A DNA stretch of 43,400 nucleotides from Bdellovibrionota bacterium. GTDB lineage: Bacteria > Bdellovibrionota_C > UBA2361 > OMIW01. The stretch lies in contig JBIJBT010000013.1 in assembly GCA_044345055.1 (NCBI GenBank), forward strand, positions 1 through 43,400, given 5' to 3'. The notes beneath the pieces were generated by a model. That model was not told where the DNA came from. It saw only the letters and a list, made by a program, of their open reading frames with translations, and did not search any database. Positions 18,544 through 27,725 of the stretch are shown in pieces (positions within the stretch are counted from its first letter, which is position 1; every line of letters starts with the position of its first letter). The translations under genes and the position numbers were made by a program.

Positions 18544-19562
18544 CAAGCATCCATCGGGGATATTGCTCGGCGCACAGCTCCCATTGAGGCCAGTGCACCA
18601 ACTATTGCAACCACTCCCAAAATACCTCCAACGAGCGACCACGAGAGGAAAGCCACCCTACTCCAAACCGATACGAACGGCAGTGCATCTTCGAGAAGAC
18701 GACGCGCTACCGAAAAACCCGCAAAAGCGAATGCAACGCCAAGAACGCCACCAAGAATCCCCTTGAAAACCCCCTCAAATATAAAGGGTAACTGAATAAA
18801 TCTCTCAGTAGCTCCAACAAGCCGCATCACTAAAATTTCCTCTCTCCGTTTATCAACAGAGATTATTATCGTGAGTGCAACAATAAATGATGCGACCATC
18901 AACATACCCACTACCGCTACCCAGCCGAGCACGTTGAGAAATCGTAACGCATCCGACAGCTCTCCAAGAAGACTATTGTTATACTGGACTAATTCTACCC
19001 CAGGAAACTGCTGAAGCCTTTGACGGAGCTCCTGATAAATTGCAGGTGTACTATCTGCTTCCTCAACCGTCACTACATAAGATGCTGGCAAAGGATTACG
19101 AGCATCGAGTCCATCTAATAATGTTGAAACAGAGGGGGTCTCACTGCGGAGCGTCTTCAAAGCATCTTCCTTGCTCTCAAACCGAGCCGATGCTATCCGC
19201 TTATCGGCCTTAAAATAGCTTTCGAGGCGAGCACGAAACTCCCCTTCATCACCATCCCCAAGATATATTGTCAAACCAACCGACCCTCGTGCATGCTCCA
19301 AAAGTCCGTGGGTATTATGAATAATTAAAACGCCCAATACGCTCAGTGATAATACAACGGCCATTATTACGGTCGTCATGGCGGTGTTTATCGGGGAGTT
19401 GCGAAGTTGCGCCCACGCCATCCTGAGGTGATGAGAAAGGAACTCGAGCCACGAGCCAGAGGTTTTGAACTGCTCAGCCTCATGAACGTGCCACACAGTT
19501 TTTAACCCTAACGAGGGAGCAGACCGAGCAGCCCGAGATATACGATTACCAATGATCGACAT
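18543..19562 (-). CDS. ftsX: Cell division ABC permease FtsX
   Basis: SKEDAL, NPLPAS, RREEILVMRLVGATERFIQLPFIFEG; 4 TM segments. Confidence 0.92.
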   Translation of the reverse strand: MSIIGNRISRAARSAPSLGLKTVWHVHEAEQFKTSGSWLEFLSHHLRMAWAQLRNSPINTAMTTVIMAVVLSLSVLGVLIIHNTHGLLEHARGSVGLTIYLGDGDEGEFRARLESYFKADKRIASARFESKEDALKTLRSETPSVSTLLDGLDARNPLPASYVVTVEEADSTPAIYQELRQRLQQFPGVELVQYNNSLLGELSDALRFLNVLGWVAVVGMLMVASFIVALTIIISVDKRREEILVMRLVGATERFIQLPFIFEGVFKGILGGVLGVAFAFAGFSVARRLLEDALPFVSVWSRVAFLSWSLVGGILGVVAIVGALASMGAVRRAISPMDA

Positions 19563-19584
19563 GATTAAAACGAGCTCCTCGTTA

Positions 19585-20304
19585 TTAGCCGACGGACTGC
19601 TCCCTCATCGGGAGTGACGTATTACTTACTCCTAGGCGTGGATCGATAAAATCGCCAATAATCGACCCCCTATCGAGAACGATGGTCCTTTTATTCAATT
19701 CATCGATAATTGAGAGACTGTGAGTTGCAACAACAATCGTCACCCCAGCCTGATTCGCCTCAACCAGAAGATCAAATACAACGTGAGCCATGTCGTGATC
19801 GAGGTTACCAGTCGGCTCATCAGCTAAAATGATCCGTGGTCTATGAACCAACGCCCGAGCAACCGCCACCCGCTGCTGCTCTCCTCCAGAGAGAGTTAGC
19901 GGAGAAACCTCCCCTTTCCCCCCAAGCCCTACAGCCTCAAGCATCAAACGCGCTCGTGCGAAACGCTCATCACGACCGACTCCCTGCACCTCAAGAGGAA
20001 AAGCCACATTCTCGATAACCGAGCGGCTCATCAACAGCTTGTCGTCCTGAAAAATAATCCCCATATCTCGTCGAAGTGAAGCAATACCTTCGCGATCAAG
20101 CTCTGAAACTTGCCGTCCGGCGACAACAACCTCGCCCTCAGTCGACCTCTCCGCACCGTAAAGGAGCCGCAACATTGTTGATTTCCCCGCACCGCTCGCA
20201 CCAGCGACAAAAACAAACTCACCCTCTGCGATCTCAAGCGAGACCGCCCGCAAAGCAGCTTGTTGGGGGGGATACCATTTATGAACGTCAGTGAAGCGAA
20301 TCAT
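19585..20304 (-). CDS. ftsE: Cell division ATP-binding protein FtsE
   Basis: GASGAGKS, LSGGEQQR, ILADEPTGNLD, ATH; upstream of ftsX. Confidence 0.93.
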   Translation of the reverse strand: MIRFTDVHKWYPPQQAALRAVSLEIAEGEFVFVAGASGAGKSTMLRLLYGAERSTEGEVVVAGRQVSELDREGIASLRRDMGIIFQDDKLLMSRSVIENVAFPLEVQGVGRDERFARARLMLEAVGLGGKGEVSPLTLSGGEQQRVAVARALVHRPRIILADEPTGNLDHDMAHVVFDLLVEANQAGVTIVVATHSLSIIDELNKRTIVLDRGSIIGDFIDPRLGVSNTSLPMREQSVG

Positions 20305-20348
20305 GAGTTTCTTGTCGCGAATGAACCCGAGATATGGTGGTCACAACT

Positions 20349-20497
20349 AAAAAAATTAAGGGGGCCACCAAATAGCACCTACCCTTTACGTTGGACCCCG
20401 GTCAACGTATTGTGTACCGGAGATCGGTTTCTACGCCATAGGAAACCGTGAGGCTTGAATCAACCCCCAATCAAAGAGCCTTTATCGCCCCCCTTAA
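20349..20497 (-). ncRNA. Candidate structured RNA (6S-like rod or two-state leader) upstream of ftsE
   Basis: Closing stem TTAAGGGGG/CCCCCTTAA then T7; several internal helices with G-U pairs that favour the minus strand. Family not recognised. Confidence 0.5.
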
Positions 20498-20615
20498 GTT
20501 TGCAGCGAGGGCAACACTACCCGTTAAGTATTTCAGTCCTCATAAGAGGTAGTGTTCTCGATAAATGACCCCGATAAATGGCCGTAATAGATGGCAAGGA
20601 TGAGAGGTGATTTAA

Positions 20616-21284
20616 ATGAACCAATTGAACCGCTTAAACCTATCATCAACCCATCGACTGGCCCGTTCTGTTTGGCTCATAGGCCTTGTCATTCTGACTG
20701 GATGTGCACCCGCTATTGAGACAAGCTCGCTGCCTATTCCTAATTCGCCAATTACCAGCCCATCTGCGTCTCTAGATTTGCAAAAAGCTGTATCTCCATC
20801 TGTGCAACCGATCCACTTCGAACAGCTCACCGAGAATTCACCTTTCGTTTATAGGGTTGTTGAAGCGACACCTAGAACAGATCCTCTCTTTATTACCACA
20901 ATCCGATCCTGCGGCTCTGTAAAACCTCATACCCCTTTGAGCAGTCTTCGTATCCTCTTTAGTGGATTATCAACTGTACGTATTACTAAAGGCCCAGAGA
21001 GAAATATCGGCACTCAACGAGTCGCTATTAATGAAGGGGTAGCAATACTTGATAAACAGCCGATATTCTTGCGCGTCTTTTCAGTACCGCCCTCAGGTCA
21101 AAAAAGGCAGGGAATCGAAAAATCGAAGGTCGATGAAAAAACCCAATCGGATTGTATCACCGACCATGTAGTATGGTCGTCGAGCGATAACGATCTCACC
21201 GAGCGTTCTGTAGCTGCCTTCAATCACCTTTCATCGATCGCCCCACTTCCTCCAACTCCTTTACTCCCACCACTGGGCCAATAG
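20616..21284 (+). CDS. Hypothetical lipoprotein
   Basis: Lipobox-like LVILTG-C followed by an S/P-rich linker. Confidence 0.65.
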   Translation: MNQLNRLNLSSTHRLARSVWLIGLVILTGCAPAIETSSLPIPNSPITSPSASLDLQKAVSPSVQPIHFEQLTENSPFVYRVVEATPRTDPLFITTIRSCGSVKPHTPLSSLRILFSGLSTVRITKGPERNIGTQRVAINEGVAILDKQPIFLRVFSVPPSGQKRQGIEKSKVDEKTQSDCITDHVVWSSSDNDLTERSVAAFNHLSSIAPLPPTPLLPPLGQ

Positions 21285-21321
21285 CACACATTAAATAATC
21301 CAGTATTTTGGAGAATTAGCC

Positions 21322-22083
21322 GTGTATGCACTTGATACTTTACGCCGATGGATAGCCCCTTTAGGGGCATTTGGCTGGCTTCAGCTCGACACTGTCCGAG
21401 CAATCGTTCAGGGAAAGGTAAATCCGCGCGAGGTGTGTAGACAGATCGTTTTTATTGGGGTCAATTCACTCGGCATTTCATCTCTTACCGCCCTTTTTAC
21501 CGGCATGGTGCTCGCTCTCCAAACAGCTTATGGATTGGAACGTTTTGGAGCAAAACACTACGTTGGAAACGTTGCAGGTTTAGCGTTTATTCGAGAATTG
21601 GGTCCAATGCTCACCGCTGTCGTTCTGTGCGGCAGGGTTGGGGCTGGTATCGCTGCAGAGATTGCATCGATGGTCGTCACTGAACAGGTCGATGCAATGA
21701 CTGCTCTTGGCGCCGATCCAGTCGGTCGGCTCGTAGCCCCACGCGTTATCGCCGGAATAATCGCGACACCACTCCTTGTTATTTTTGCGAATCTAATCGG
21801 CATTTATGGCGGTCTTGCAATCGCAGTCTTTGAACTTAATGTCTCTGCGCATGTATACTTTCAATCGCTTTATTACACGATTCTAATTCGAGATATTCTC
21901 GATAGCCTCGTAAAAAGTGGGGTCTTCGGCTTCATCGTTGCCTCTGTTGCATGCTTCCAGGGATTACGCGCAAGAGGTGGGACCGAGGGAGTTGGTCGCA
22001 CGACAACATCAGCCGTTGTAATTGGCTGCGTGTGGATATTTGTCGCCGACTTTTTTGTTACCAAGATGCTTCTCTTACTGTAA
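21322..22083 (+). CDS. mlaE: MlaE-family ABC transporter permease
   Basis: FTGMVLALQ, RELGP, GRVGAGIAAEIASMVVTEQVDA, GGTEGVGRTTT; GTG start. Confidence 0.92.
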   Translation: MYALDTLRRWIAPLGAFGWLQLDTVRAIVQGKVNPREVCRQIVFIGVNSLGISSLTALFTGMVLALQTAYGLERFGAKHYVGNVAGLAFIRELGPMLTAVVLCGRVGAGIAAEIASMVVTEQVDAMTALGADPVGRLVAPRVIAGIIATPLLVIFANLIGIYGGLAIAVFELNVSAHVYFQSLYYTILIRDILDSLVKSGVFGFIVASVACFQGLRARGGTEGVGRTTTSAVVIGCVWIFVADFFVTKMLLLL

Positions 22084-22155
22084 TCGGGATATTCCTACAG
22101 ATAGCCATATAATTACTCTAATTTCTCCTTACCCGCTGAATTGCTCACAAAACTT

Positions 22156-22899
22156 ATGACTACTTCCCCCCTCATCGCATTTCAGAACGTCTCCGTGCAA
22201 TTTGGAAAAACGGTGATTCATCGTGATATTTCATTCACGGTTGATGAGAGTCAGGTAGTTACTCTTCTTGGCCCAAGCGGCACCGGCAAAACGGTTCTTC
22301 TTAAACTTCTAATAGGGCTTTTGTTGCCCACCTCCGGTTCAGTAATTGTTGAGGGAAAAGATCTTTCTCAACTAAATCGGGATGAGATGCGAGAGATGCG
22401 CAAAGAGGTCGGTATGCTCTTTCAGGGAGCTGCGTTATTTGATTCACTCACTGTCTTTGAAAATATTGCGTTTCCGCTCCGTGAATATGGAGAAAAGGAT
22501 GAATCAGTAATTGCTGCAGTGGTCGAGGAGAAACTTGGTTTAGTTGGACTATCAGGTTTTGCGCAGCGATTTCCTATTCAACTCTCTGGTGGACAAAGAA
22601 AGCGGGTTGGGCTCGCTCGCGCTCTTGCTAGCTCCCCGCGAGTTGTTCTCTTTGATGAACCGACAACGGGACTCGATCCAACCTCACGAAACAGAATTGA
22701 TGATCTTATAATCCAGCTTCGAGACGATCTCGGTATAACCTCAATCGTGGTGACTCACGATATGGAGAGCGCACGAAGAATCTCGGACCGAATCATACTT
22801 CTCTCGCAGGGCAAAGTAATCGTCGATGCTCCCGCTCCCGCAGTGTGGGAAGACGCCGAACCGGTCCGACGATTTGCACGGGGCGAGTGGTCAGAGTAG
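22156..22899 (+). CDS. mlaF: MlaF-family ABC transporter ATP-binding protein
   Basis: GPSGTGKT, GMLFQGAALFDSLTVFENIAFPLRE, LSGGQRKR, DEPTTGLDP. Confidence 0.92.
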   Translation: MTTSPLIAFQNVSVQFGKTVIHRDISFTVDESQVVTLLGPSGTGKTVLLKLLIGLLLPTSGSVIVEGKDLSQLNRDEMREMRKEVGMLFQGAALFDSLTVFENIAFPLREYGEKDESVIAAVVEEKLGLVGLSGFAQRFPIQLSGGQRKRVGLARALASSPRVVLFDEPTTGLDPTSRNRIDDLIIQLRDDLGITSIVVTHDMESARRISDRIILLSQGKVIVDAPAPAVWEDAEPVRRFARGEWSE

Positions 22900-23045
22900 G
22901 AAACTATGGAAAGTTTCTGCCGATAATAGAGTCCATGCTTAGAAGAGGTGCACCTTCTTAGATGACAGTGCGCCGAATTCCTCCAATTTACCGTGCAATT
23001 TCTCTTTAGCTCTTTGTCTGAATTTTCCTGCATTTCAGTTCAGCT

Positions 23046-24773
23046 ATGTTCGCTCTTCGCCCCTACCAACAATCAGCAGTTAACGCCACACTTCATCATT
23101 TTCGCCGTTCACGCTCTCCTGCGGTAATCGTGCTTCCCACTGGCGCTGGTAAGAGTCTTGTAATCGCATCACTCGCAAAGGTTGCTCGTGGACGAGTGCT
23201 TGTCCTCGCTCACGTAAAAGAGCTAGTCGAACAGAACTATGAAAAGTTTCGAAGCTACAATCTCGATGCAGGTATTTTCTCAGCTGGACTCAATCAGAAA
23301 GATAGCTCTCAAAAGGTAATATTTGGCAGCATTCAATCGGTCGCCCGCGCCGATAAAGGTTTCTTCAACGATTTTTCACTCCTCGTCATTGATGAATGTC
23401 ATCGCGTTTCAGGAGAGGATGGCACTCAATACAGCGAGGTAATCGAGTCGATGCGGGTTGCCAATCCAGACCTTTGCATTCTTGGGCTCACCGCGACTCC
23501 GTATCGACTCGATATCGGGTGGATATATCAATACAATCATCAAGGATTTCTATGCGCCACCGAGGATCGACTCTTTAAGAAATGTATCTTCGAGATATCT
23601 CTACGGCAGATGATCGAGGCGGGATATCTAACTCCGCCAGTCCAAATCGATGCACCAGTCGCAAGCTATGATTTCTCCAGCCTTAAACTTCCAAGTGGGC
23701 AACAAGCCTTTAATCTCGGTGAAATAGAGGCGATTCTAAAAGATCAATCGCGGGTAACCCCGATTATAATAAAAAATATCATCGAGATGGCGGAGGGCCG
23801 AAAAGGGGTCATTATCTTTACTGCATCAGTTAGACATGCAAAAGAGATACTCACACATCTACCCCGCTCACAATCGGCGATGATAATCGGCGATATGGCG
23901 GCAGAGGATCGCGATCGTATAATCGCCCAATTTCGAGACCAGAAAATCCGTTTTCTCGTAAACGTTTCGGTCCTCACAACCGGTTTTGATGCGCCTCACG
24001 TTGATCTTATAGCGATACTACGACCGACCGAATCAGTAAGTCTGTATCAACAAATAGTTGGGCGTGGTCTTCGACTCTTTGATGGGAAAACCAATTGTCT
24101 CGTTCTCGACTATACCGGAGTCCCGCACGATATTTTCAGCCCGATAGTGAGCGACAAAAAACCGAGAAGCGACTGTGTACCTGTCTCTGTGCCATGCCCA
24201 CAATGCGATCACACGAACACCTTCTGGGGCACTGCGAGCCAAACAGGCGATGTAGCCGAACATTTCGGCACAAAATGCTCCGGCGCGATAGAAAACCCAG
24301 ATGATGGTTCTCTCGTACCGTGCGGATTCCGGTACCGATTCAAAGAGTGTGAATCATGCGGAAATCAGAACGATATTGATGCATCACACTGCATCTCGTG
24401 TCAGGAGATTTTCATTGATGACGAAACAAAACTTAAAGCGGCGACCGCAGCAAAAGACACCCATGTAATGCGCCCCGATACGATGCTCTTCGAACGAAAG
24501 GTTGACCCCAAAGGGGGCGAACGGCTCGAGATTAGGTATTACGACCTTGATGCACAACATCTAACCGAATCATTTTATTTCGATGATTCAACAGCAGCCC
24601 ACGTTTTCTATTACAACTTCATCCGAATGCACCTCAAAAACCCCGGCACACCAATAACCATCTCCTCACCATCAGAAGCAATCCGCCACCAACACCTCTT
24701 CAGACTCCCCCTCTTTATCATAGCCCGCAAACAGAAGGGCTATTGGAAGGTTCGGGAGAAGGTGTTTTTATGA
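23046..24773 (+). CDS. radD: RadD/YejH-type SF2 helicase with zinc fingers
   Basis: LRPYQ, PTGAGKS, DECH, LTATP, VLTTGFDAP, QIVGRGLR, CPQC...CGFRYRFKEC. Confidence 0.9.
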   Translation: MFALRPYQQSAVNATLHHFRRSRSPAVIVLPTGAGKSLVIASLAKVARGRVLVLAHVKELVEQNYEKFRSYNLDAGIFSAGLNQKDSSQKVIFGSIQSVARADKGFFNDFSLLVIDECHRVSGEDGTQYSEVIESMRVANPDLCILGLTATPYRLDIGWIYQYNHQGFLCATEDRLFKKCIFEISLRQMIEAGYLTPPVQIDAPVASYDFSSLKLPSGQQAFNLGEIEAILKDQSRVTPIIIKNIIEMAEGRKGVIIFTASVRHAKEILTHLPRSQSAMIIGDMAAEDRDRIIAQFRDQKIRFLVNVSVLTTGFDAPHVDLIAILRPTESVSLYQQIVGRGLRLFDGKTNCLVLDYTGVPHDIFSPIVSDKKPRSDCVPVSVPCPQCDHTNTFWGTASQTGDVAEHFGTKCSGAIENPDDGSLVPCGFRYRFKECESCGNQNDIDASHCISCQEIFIDDETKLKAATAAKDTHVMRPDTMLFERKVDPKGGERLEIRYYDLDAQHLTESFYFDDSTAAHVFYYNFIRMHLKNPGTPITISSPSEAIRHQHLFRLPLFIIARKQKGYWKVREKVFL

Positions 24774-24902
24774 GGGGTGATGGTGGGGAGAGTTTGGCCT
24801 ATATTTTTCGTAATAAAGAGTGGGTGAAGGGGCTCGAGATTTTTTATCGAACCGCTGATGGAGATATCAACACTCATCAAGATTTACCGAGGGAGCTCCG
24901 AA

Positions 24903-24940
24903 TTGCCTCAAATTAAAGCCATTCAAGAATCGGTGTTTTG
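24903..24940 (+). repeat. Left copy of ~39-bp direct repeat bounding the Rpn-Fic islet
   Basis: TTGCCTCAAATTAAAGCCATTCAAGAATCGGTGTTTTG; 35/39 aligned positions identical to 27727-27765. Confidence 0.8.
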
Positions 24941-25092
24941 GGCACCCGAGAACGTCGCTGCTTCCACCTCTACTCCTCGACACATAGAGTTAAATAAGTG
25001 ACACGTTGTCTCTTGAGATGAATTAACAGTGTTGTCGCTCAAGTATCAAAGAGGAAGAACTTAACCAAGGTCGAGTGGGCGCACGATTCACC

Positions 25093-26088
25093 TTACTCGA
25101 GGCCGAGCATCTTCTTGGCTTGCTCCTCGGAAATACCAGCTGCTAAGAGCCGCTTAAGCGCATCAGCAAGTGCTTCGGCTCGACCCTTCGCCTCTCCTTC
25201 GACTATACCCTTGGCTCGGCCCATCTCCTCTCCCTCGGCCAGCCCTTCCGCCTTACCCTCGGCCAATCCTTCCGCCTTACCCTCGGCCAGCCCTTCCGCC
25301 TTACCCTCGGCCAATCCTTCCGCCTTACCCTCGGCCAATCCTTCCGCCTTACCCGCAGCCAGCCCTTCCGCCTTACCCCGCATATGCGCCGTCTGAATCG
25401 CCATCTCCTCATCGCGGAGCCATTTGAGGCGACCCTCGTACACGGCTCGCTCGTCGGTGCTCAGCCCCATTGTATCGAGCACCTCGATAGCGCGGGCTAT
25501 GGATGTAACCTCGGCAAGAGTTGGCGGTATTTTCGAGCGGGAGAATTCGTGCGCTCTGGTTAGAAATACAATCCAACGATCGAGAGCTGTCTTTACGCTC
25601 TCGATATCACCCTCATACTTTTTTAGTTCGATGACGTGGATCTCCATATCATCAATAAACTCGACCCCGGTATCAACGTTTAATAATCTAAACCTGTTGT
25701 GATATTTCTTATCAGGAAGGCAGTTAAAGTTGAGGATATTTATCCCGATAGTCTTGGCAAGTTTATCGTAATTCATCCCCTCTTGGAGCTGTGAGGTATA
25801 GAGCCGCGACCAGTAATAGAGGGATCTCTTATCGTAGTATTCCTGATCGGTAATCTGCATCTCAATATTGTACCACCGCCCCTTCTCATCCTGTGCTTTG
25901 ATATCAAGAACGGAGAACTTGTCTCGAGCAAAGCTTTTTTCGTTGTAGGGGTTTTTGATCTCAATTCGAACAACCTGATCTTGGGCGGAGACTATCGAGT
26001 TGATAAGCGAGATGAGGAGATCGGCGTGCTCTTCACTGCCGAAGAGCTTCTTGAAGACAAAATCGACACGAGGATTGAGGCGGCACAT
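25093..26088 (-). CDS. Rpn family recombination-promoting nuclease/putative transposase (PD-(D/E)XK)
   Basis: NPRVDFVFKKLFG, LDIKA...NIEMQ, RSLYYWS, HVIELKK, ERAVYEGRLKWLRD, GKAEG repeats. Confidence 0.92.
   Translation of the reverse strand: MCRLNPRVDFVFKKLFGSEEHADLLISLINSIVSAQDQVVRIEIKNPYNEKSFARDKFSVLDIKAQDEKGRWYNIEMQITDQEYYDKRSLYYWSRLYTSQLQEGMNYDKLAKTIGINILNFNCLPDKKYHNRFRLLNVDTGVEFIDDMEIHVIELKKYEGDIESVKTALDRWIVFLTRAHEFSRSKIPPTLAEVTSIARAIEVLDTMGLSTDERAVYEGRLKWLRDEEMAIQTAHMRGKAEGLAAGKAEGLAEGKAEGLAEGKAEGLAEGKAEGLAEGKAEGLAEGEEMGRAKGIVEGEAKGRAEALADALKRLLAAGISEEQAKKMLGLE
25232..25375 (-). repeat. Six 24-bp tandem units encoding GKAEGLA(E/A)
   Basis: + strand unit CCCTCGGCCA(GC/AT)CCTTCCGCCTTA repeated from 25232; the last copy is slightly diverged. 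Confidence 0.95.
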
Positions 26089-26485
26089 CGGGGGTATCTT
26101 TGAAAACGAGGTTTACGGTCGGCAGGATAGCTAAAGTTGATCTGGAGGACAACCAGCACTAGTGGCTCGATCCTTCTAGCTCCATTCCCAGATTCTTTGG
26201 CCTCTGTAAATCTGAGAAACAGAGGTCAAGCCGCATTAAAAACACGTTCTTGATATTTTTTTTGTAACTATTTTTCTTCGAAATGCTCATTTGTAATCGT
26301 ATTTCAATGCGCAAACAAGTATTTTTAGAATGTTCTTTATTCTGATCTGAATCAATCCATACCAAATAATTCCCTTGAAAAGCACCCCTTACCTCTGTGC
26401 CTCTGAGGAATAGAGATATGAAGGCATGTAATTATGACCCCAGATCTCCTTAGTTCAGAGATCTATTAGGCGTCTTCACCGCCTA

Positions 26486-27535
26486 CTAAGCTGGCGGCAG
26501 CCCATACCAAGCGCCTCGTCCCTGCCCCTGTCGCACCAGCAGCCCGCGCTTGACCAGTTCGCCAAGCCGCGTTTTCACCGTCGGCCGTGGCGCGCCCGTC
26601 AGCTTCTCCGCATCGCCTGTGGTGATGCGGCCTAGGCGTCGCGCCTCTTCCAAAATCTTCATCGCGTCCGGGTGCAGCCCTTCTGCTCCAGGCTCCCGCG
26701 CGATCTTCTCCGCCAGCCGGTCTTTCTGCTTTTTCAGAGACCGCAAAAAGAACAACAACCACGGCTCGAAATCCGGTTCGTCGCGTGTCAGCGTCCCTTG
26801 CGTCCGCCGCAGCCCCAGATAATAGCCTTCCTTGTTCCCCTCGATGACGCTCTCCAGCGACGAATAGGGCGCATAGCTATAGCCCGCCTGGAGCAACAAC
26901 AGCGTCGTCAACACCCGCGATAGTCGCCCGTTGCCGTCCTGGAACGGATGAATCTCAAGGAACACGACGACGAACAGCCCGACGACAATCAACGGATGCC
27001 AGGCGCGATCCGCCAGCGCCTCGCGTGTCCACGCGACCAGCTCTTGCATTCGGTAGGGGGTGTCGAAAGGCGAGGCGGTGTGAAACACGACGCCGACGGT
27101 TTTCCCATCCGCATCGAACGCCTCGACATTGTTCGGTAACTTCTTGTATTCGCCCCTGTGCCGTTCGTCCTTGGTCGAATGGCGTAGCAACATGGCGTGG
27201 AGCTGTTTGATATAGTTTTCCGTCAGCGGGATCGAGGCGTAGGAATCAAAGACCGCATCCATCACCTCGGCATAGCCCGCGACCTCTTGCTCGTCGCGGC
27301 TAACGAAAGATTTGGTCTCCAACCGCCCCAGAAGCGCCTCGACCTGCGCATCGGTCAGCTTCGCCCCCTCGATGCGCGTCGAAGACCCGATGCTCTCGAT
27401 GGTGGCGACGCGCTTCAACACCGCCAGCCGTTCCGGAGCCAGCGTCGTCAGCGTCCGCCAGCTTCCCTTAAACTCGTCGATCTCCCCGATCAGCCGGAGC
27501 ATTTCCGGTGATATTTTCAGCCCGCCCGTTTTCAT
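26486..27535 (-). CDS. Fic-family protein with N-terminal inhibitory motif and C-terminal wHTH
   Basis: HPFQDGNGRLSR catalytic motif; SSTRIEG inhibitory motif; HTH-like end (RPTVKTRLGELV...GQGRGAWY); visibly GC-richer than its flanks. Confidence 0.93.
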   Translation of the reverse strand: MKTGGLKISPEMLRLIGEIDEFKGSWRTLTTLAPERLAVLKRVATIESIGSSTRIEGAKLTDAQVEALLGRLETKSFVSRDEQEVAGYAEVMDAVFDSYASIPLTENYIKQLHAMLLRHSTKDERHRGEYKKLPNNVEAFDADGKTVGVVFHTASPFDTPYRMQELVAWTREALADRAWHPLIVVGLFVVVFLEIHPFQDGNGRLSRVLTTLLLLQAGYSYAPYSSLESVIEGNKEGYYLGLRRTQGTLTRDEPDFEPWLLFFLRSLKKQKDRLAEKIAREPGAEGLHPDAMKILEEARRLGRITTGDAEKLTGAPRPTVKTRLGELVKRGLLVRQGQGRGAWYGLPPA

Positions 27536-27539
27536 GGCA

Positions 27540-27590
27540 TATCCATTTCCCTATCCAATTAGCTCCATGAATATCCGTTTTTATCCATTT
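27540..27590. promoter_or_regulatory. Four TATCCRWTT direct repeats upstream of the Fic gene (putative operator)
   Basis: TATCCATTT 27540, TATCCAATT 27552, TATCCGTTT 27572, TATCCATTT 27582. Confidence 0.55.
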
Positions 27591-27725
27591 AGGCAACTAA
27601 TTAGAGTAGTCCGAGGCCAAATTGGGATCGTGAATAAGGGTAGGCTATCCCGATCTTAGGGGCAAAGGAATTGGAAAGCGAGCTCGGGGCGGCTATGCCT
27701 CTGAGCTGGAGAGGTGAGGGATCGA

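Noticed and set aside
20335..20500. Pistol ribozyme or tmRNA identity for the structured RNA
   Set aside because: GGGCCAC..AAATAG and CCCTTAAG resemble pistol elements but are over 100 nt too far apart; the GGGGGCGA start resembles tmRNA but there is no T-arm, CCA end or tag ORF.
25232..25375. 24-bp repeat array as a CRISPR array
   Set aside because: No spacers; in-frame coding tandem repeat within the Rpn tail; no cas genes.
26159..26365. 68-aa AT-rich ORF between Rpn and Fic
   Set aside because: No clear SD or motif; could be a gene remnant but cannot be supported.
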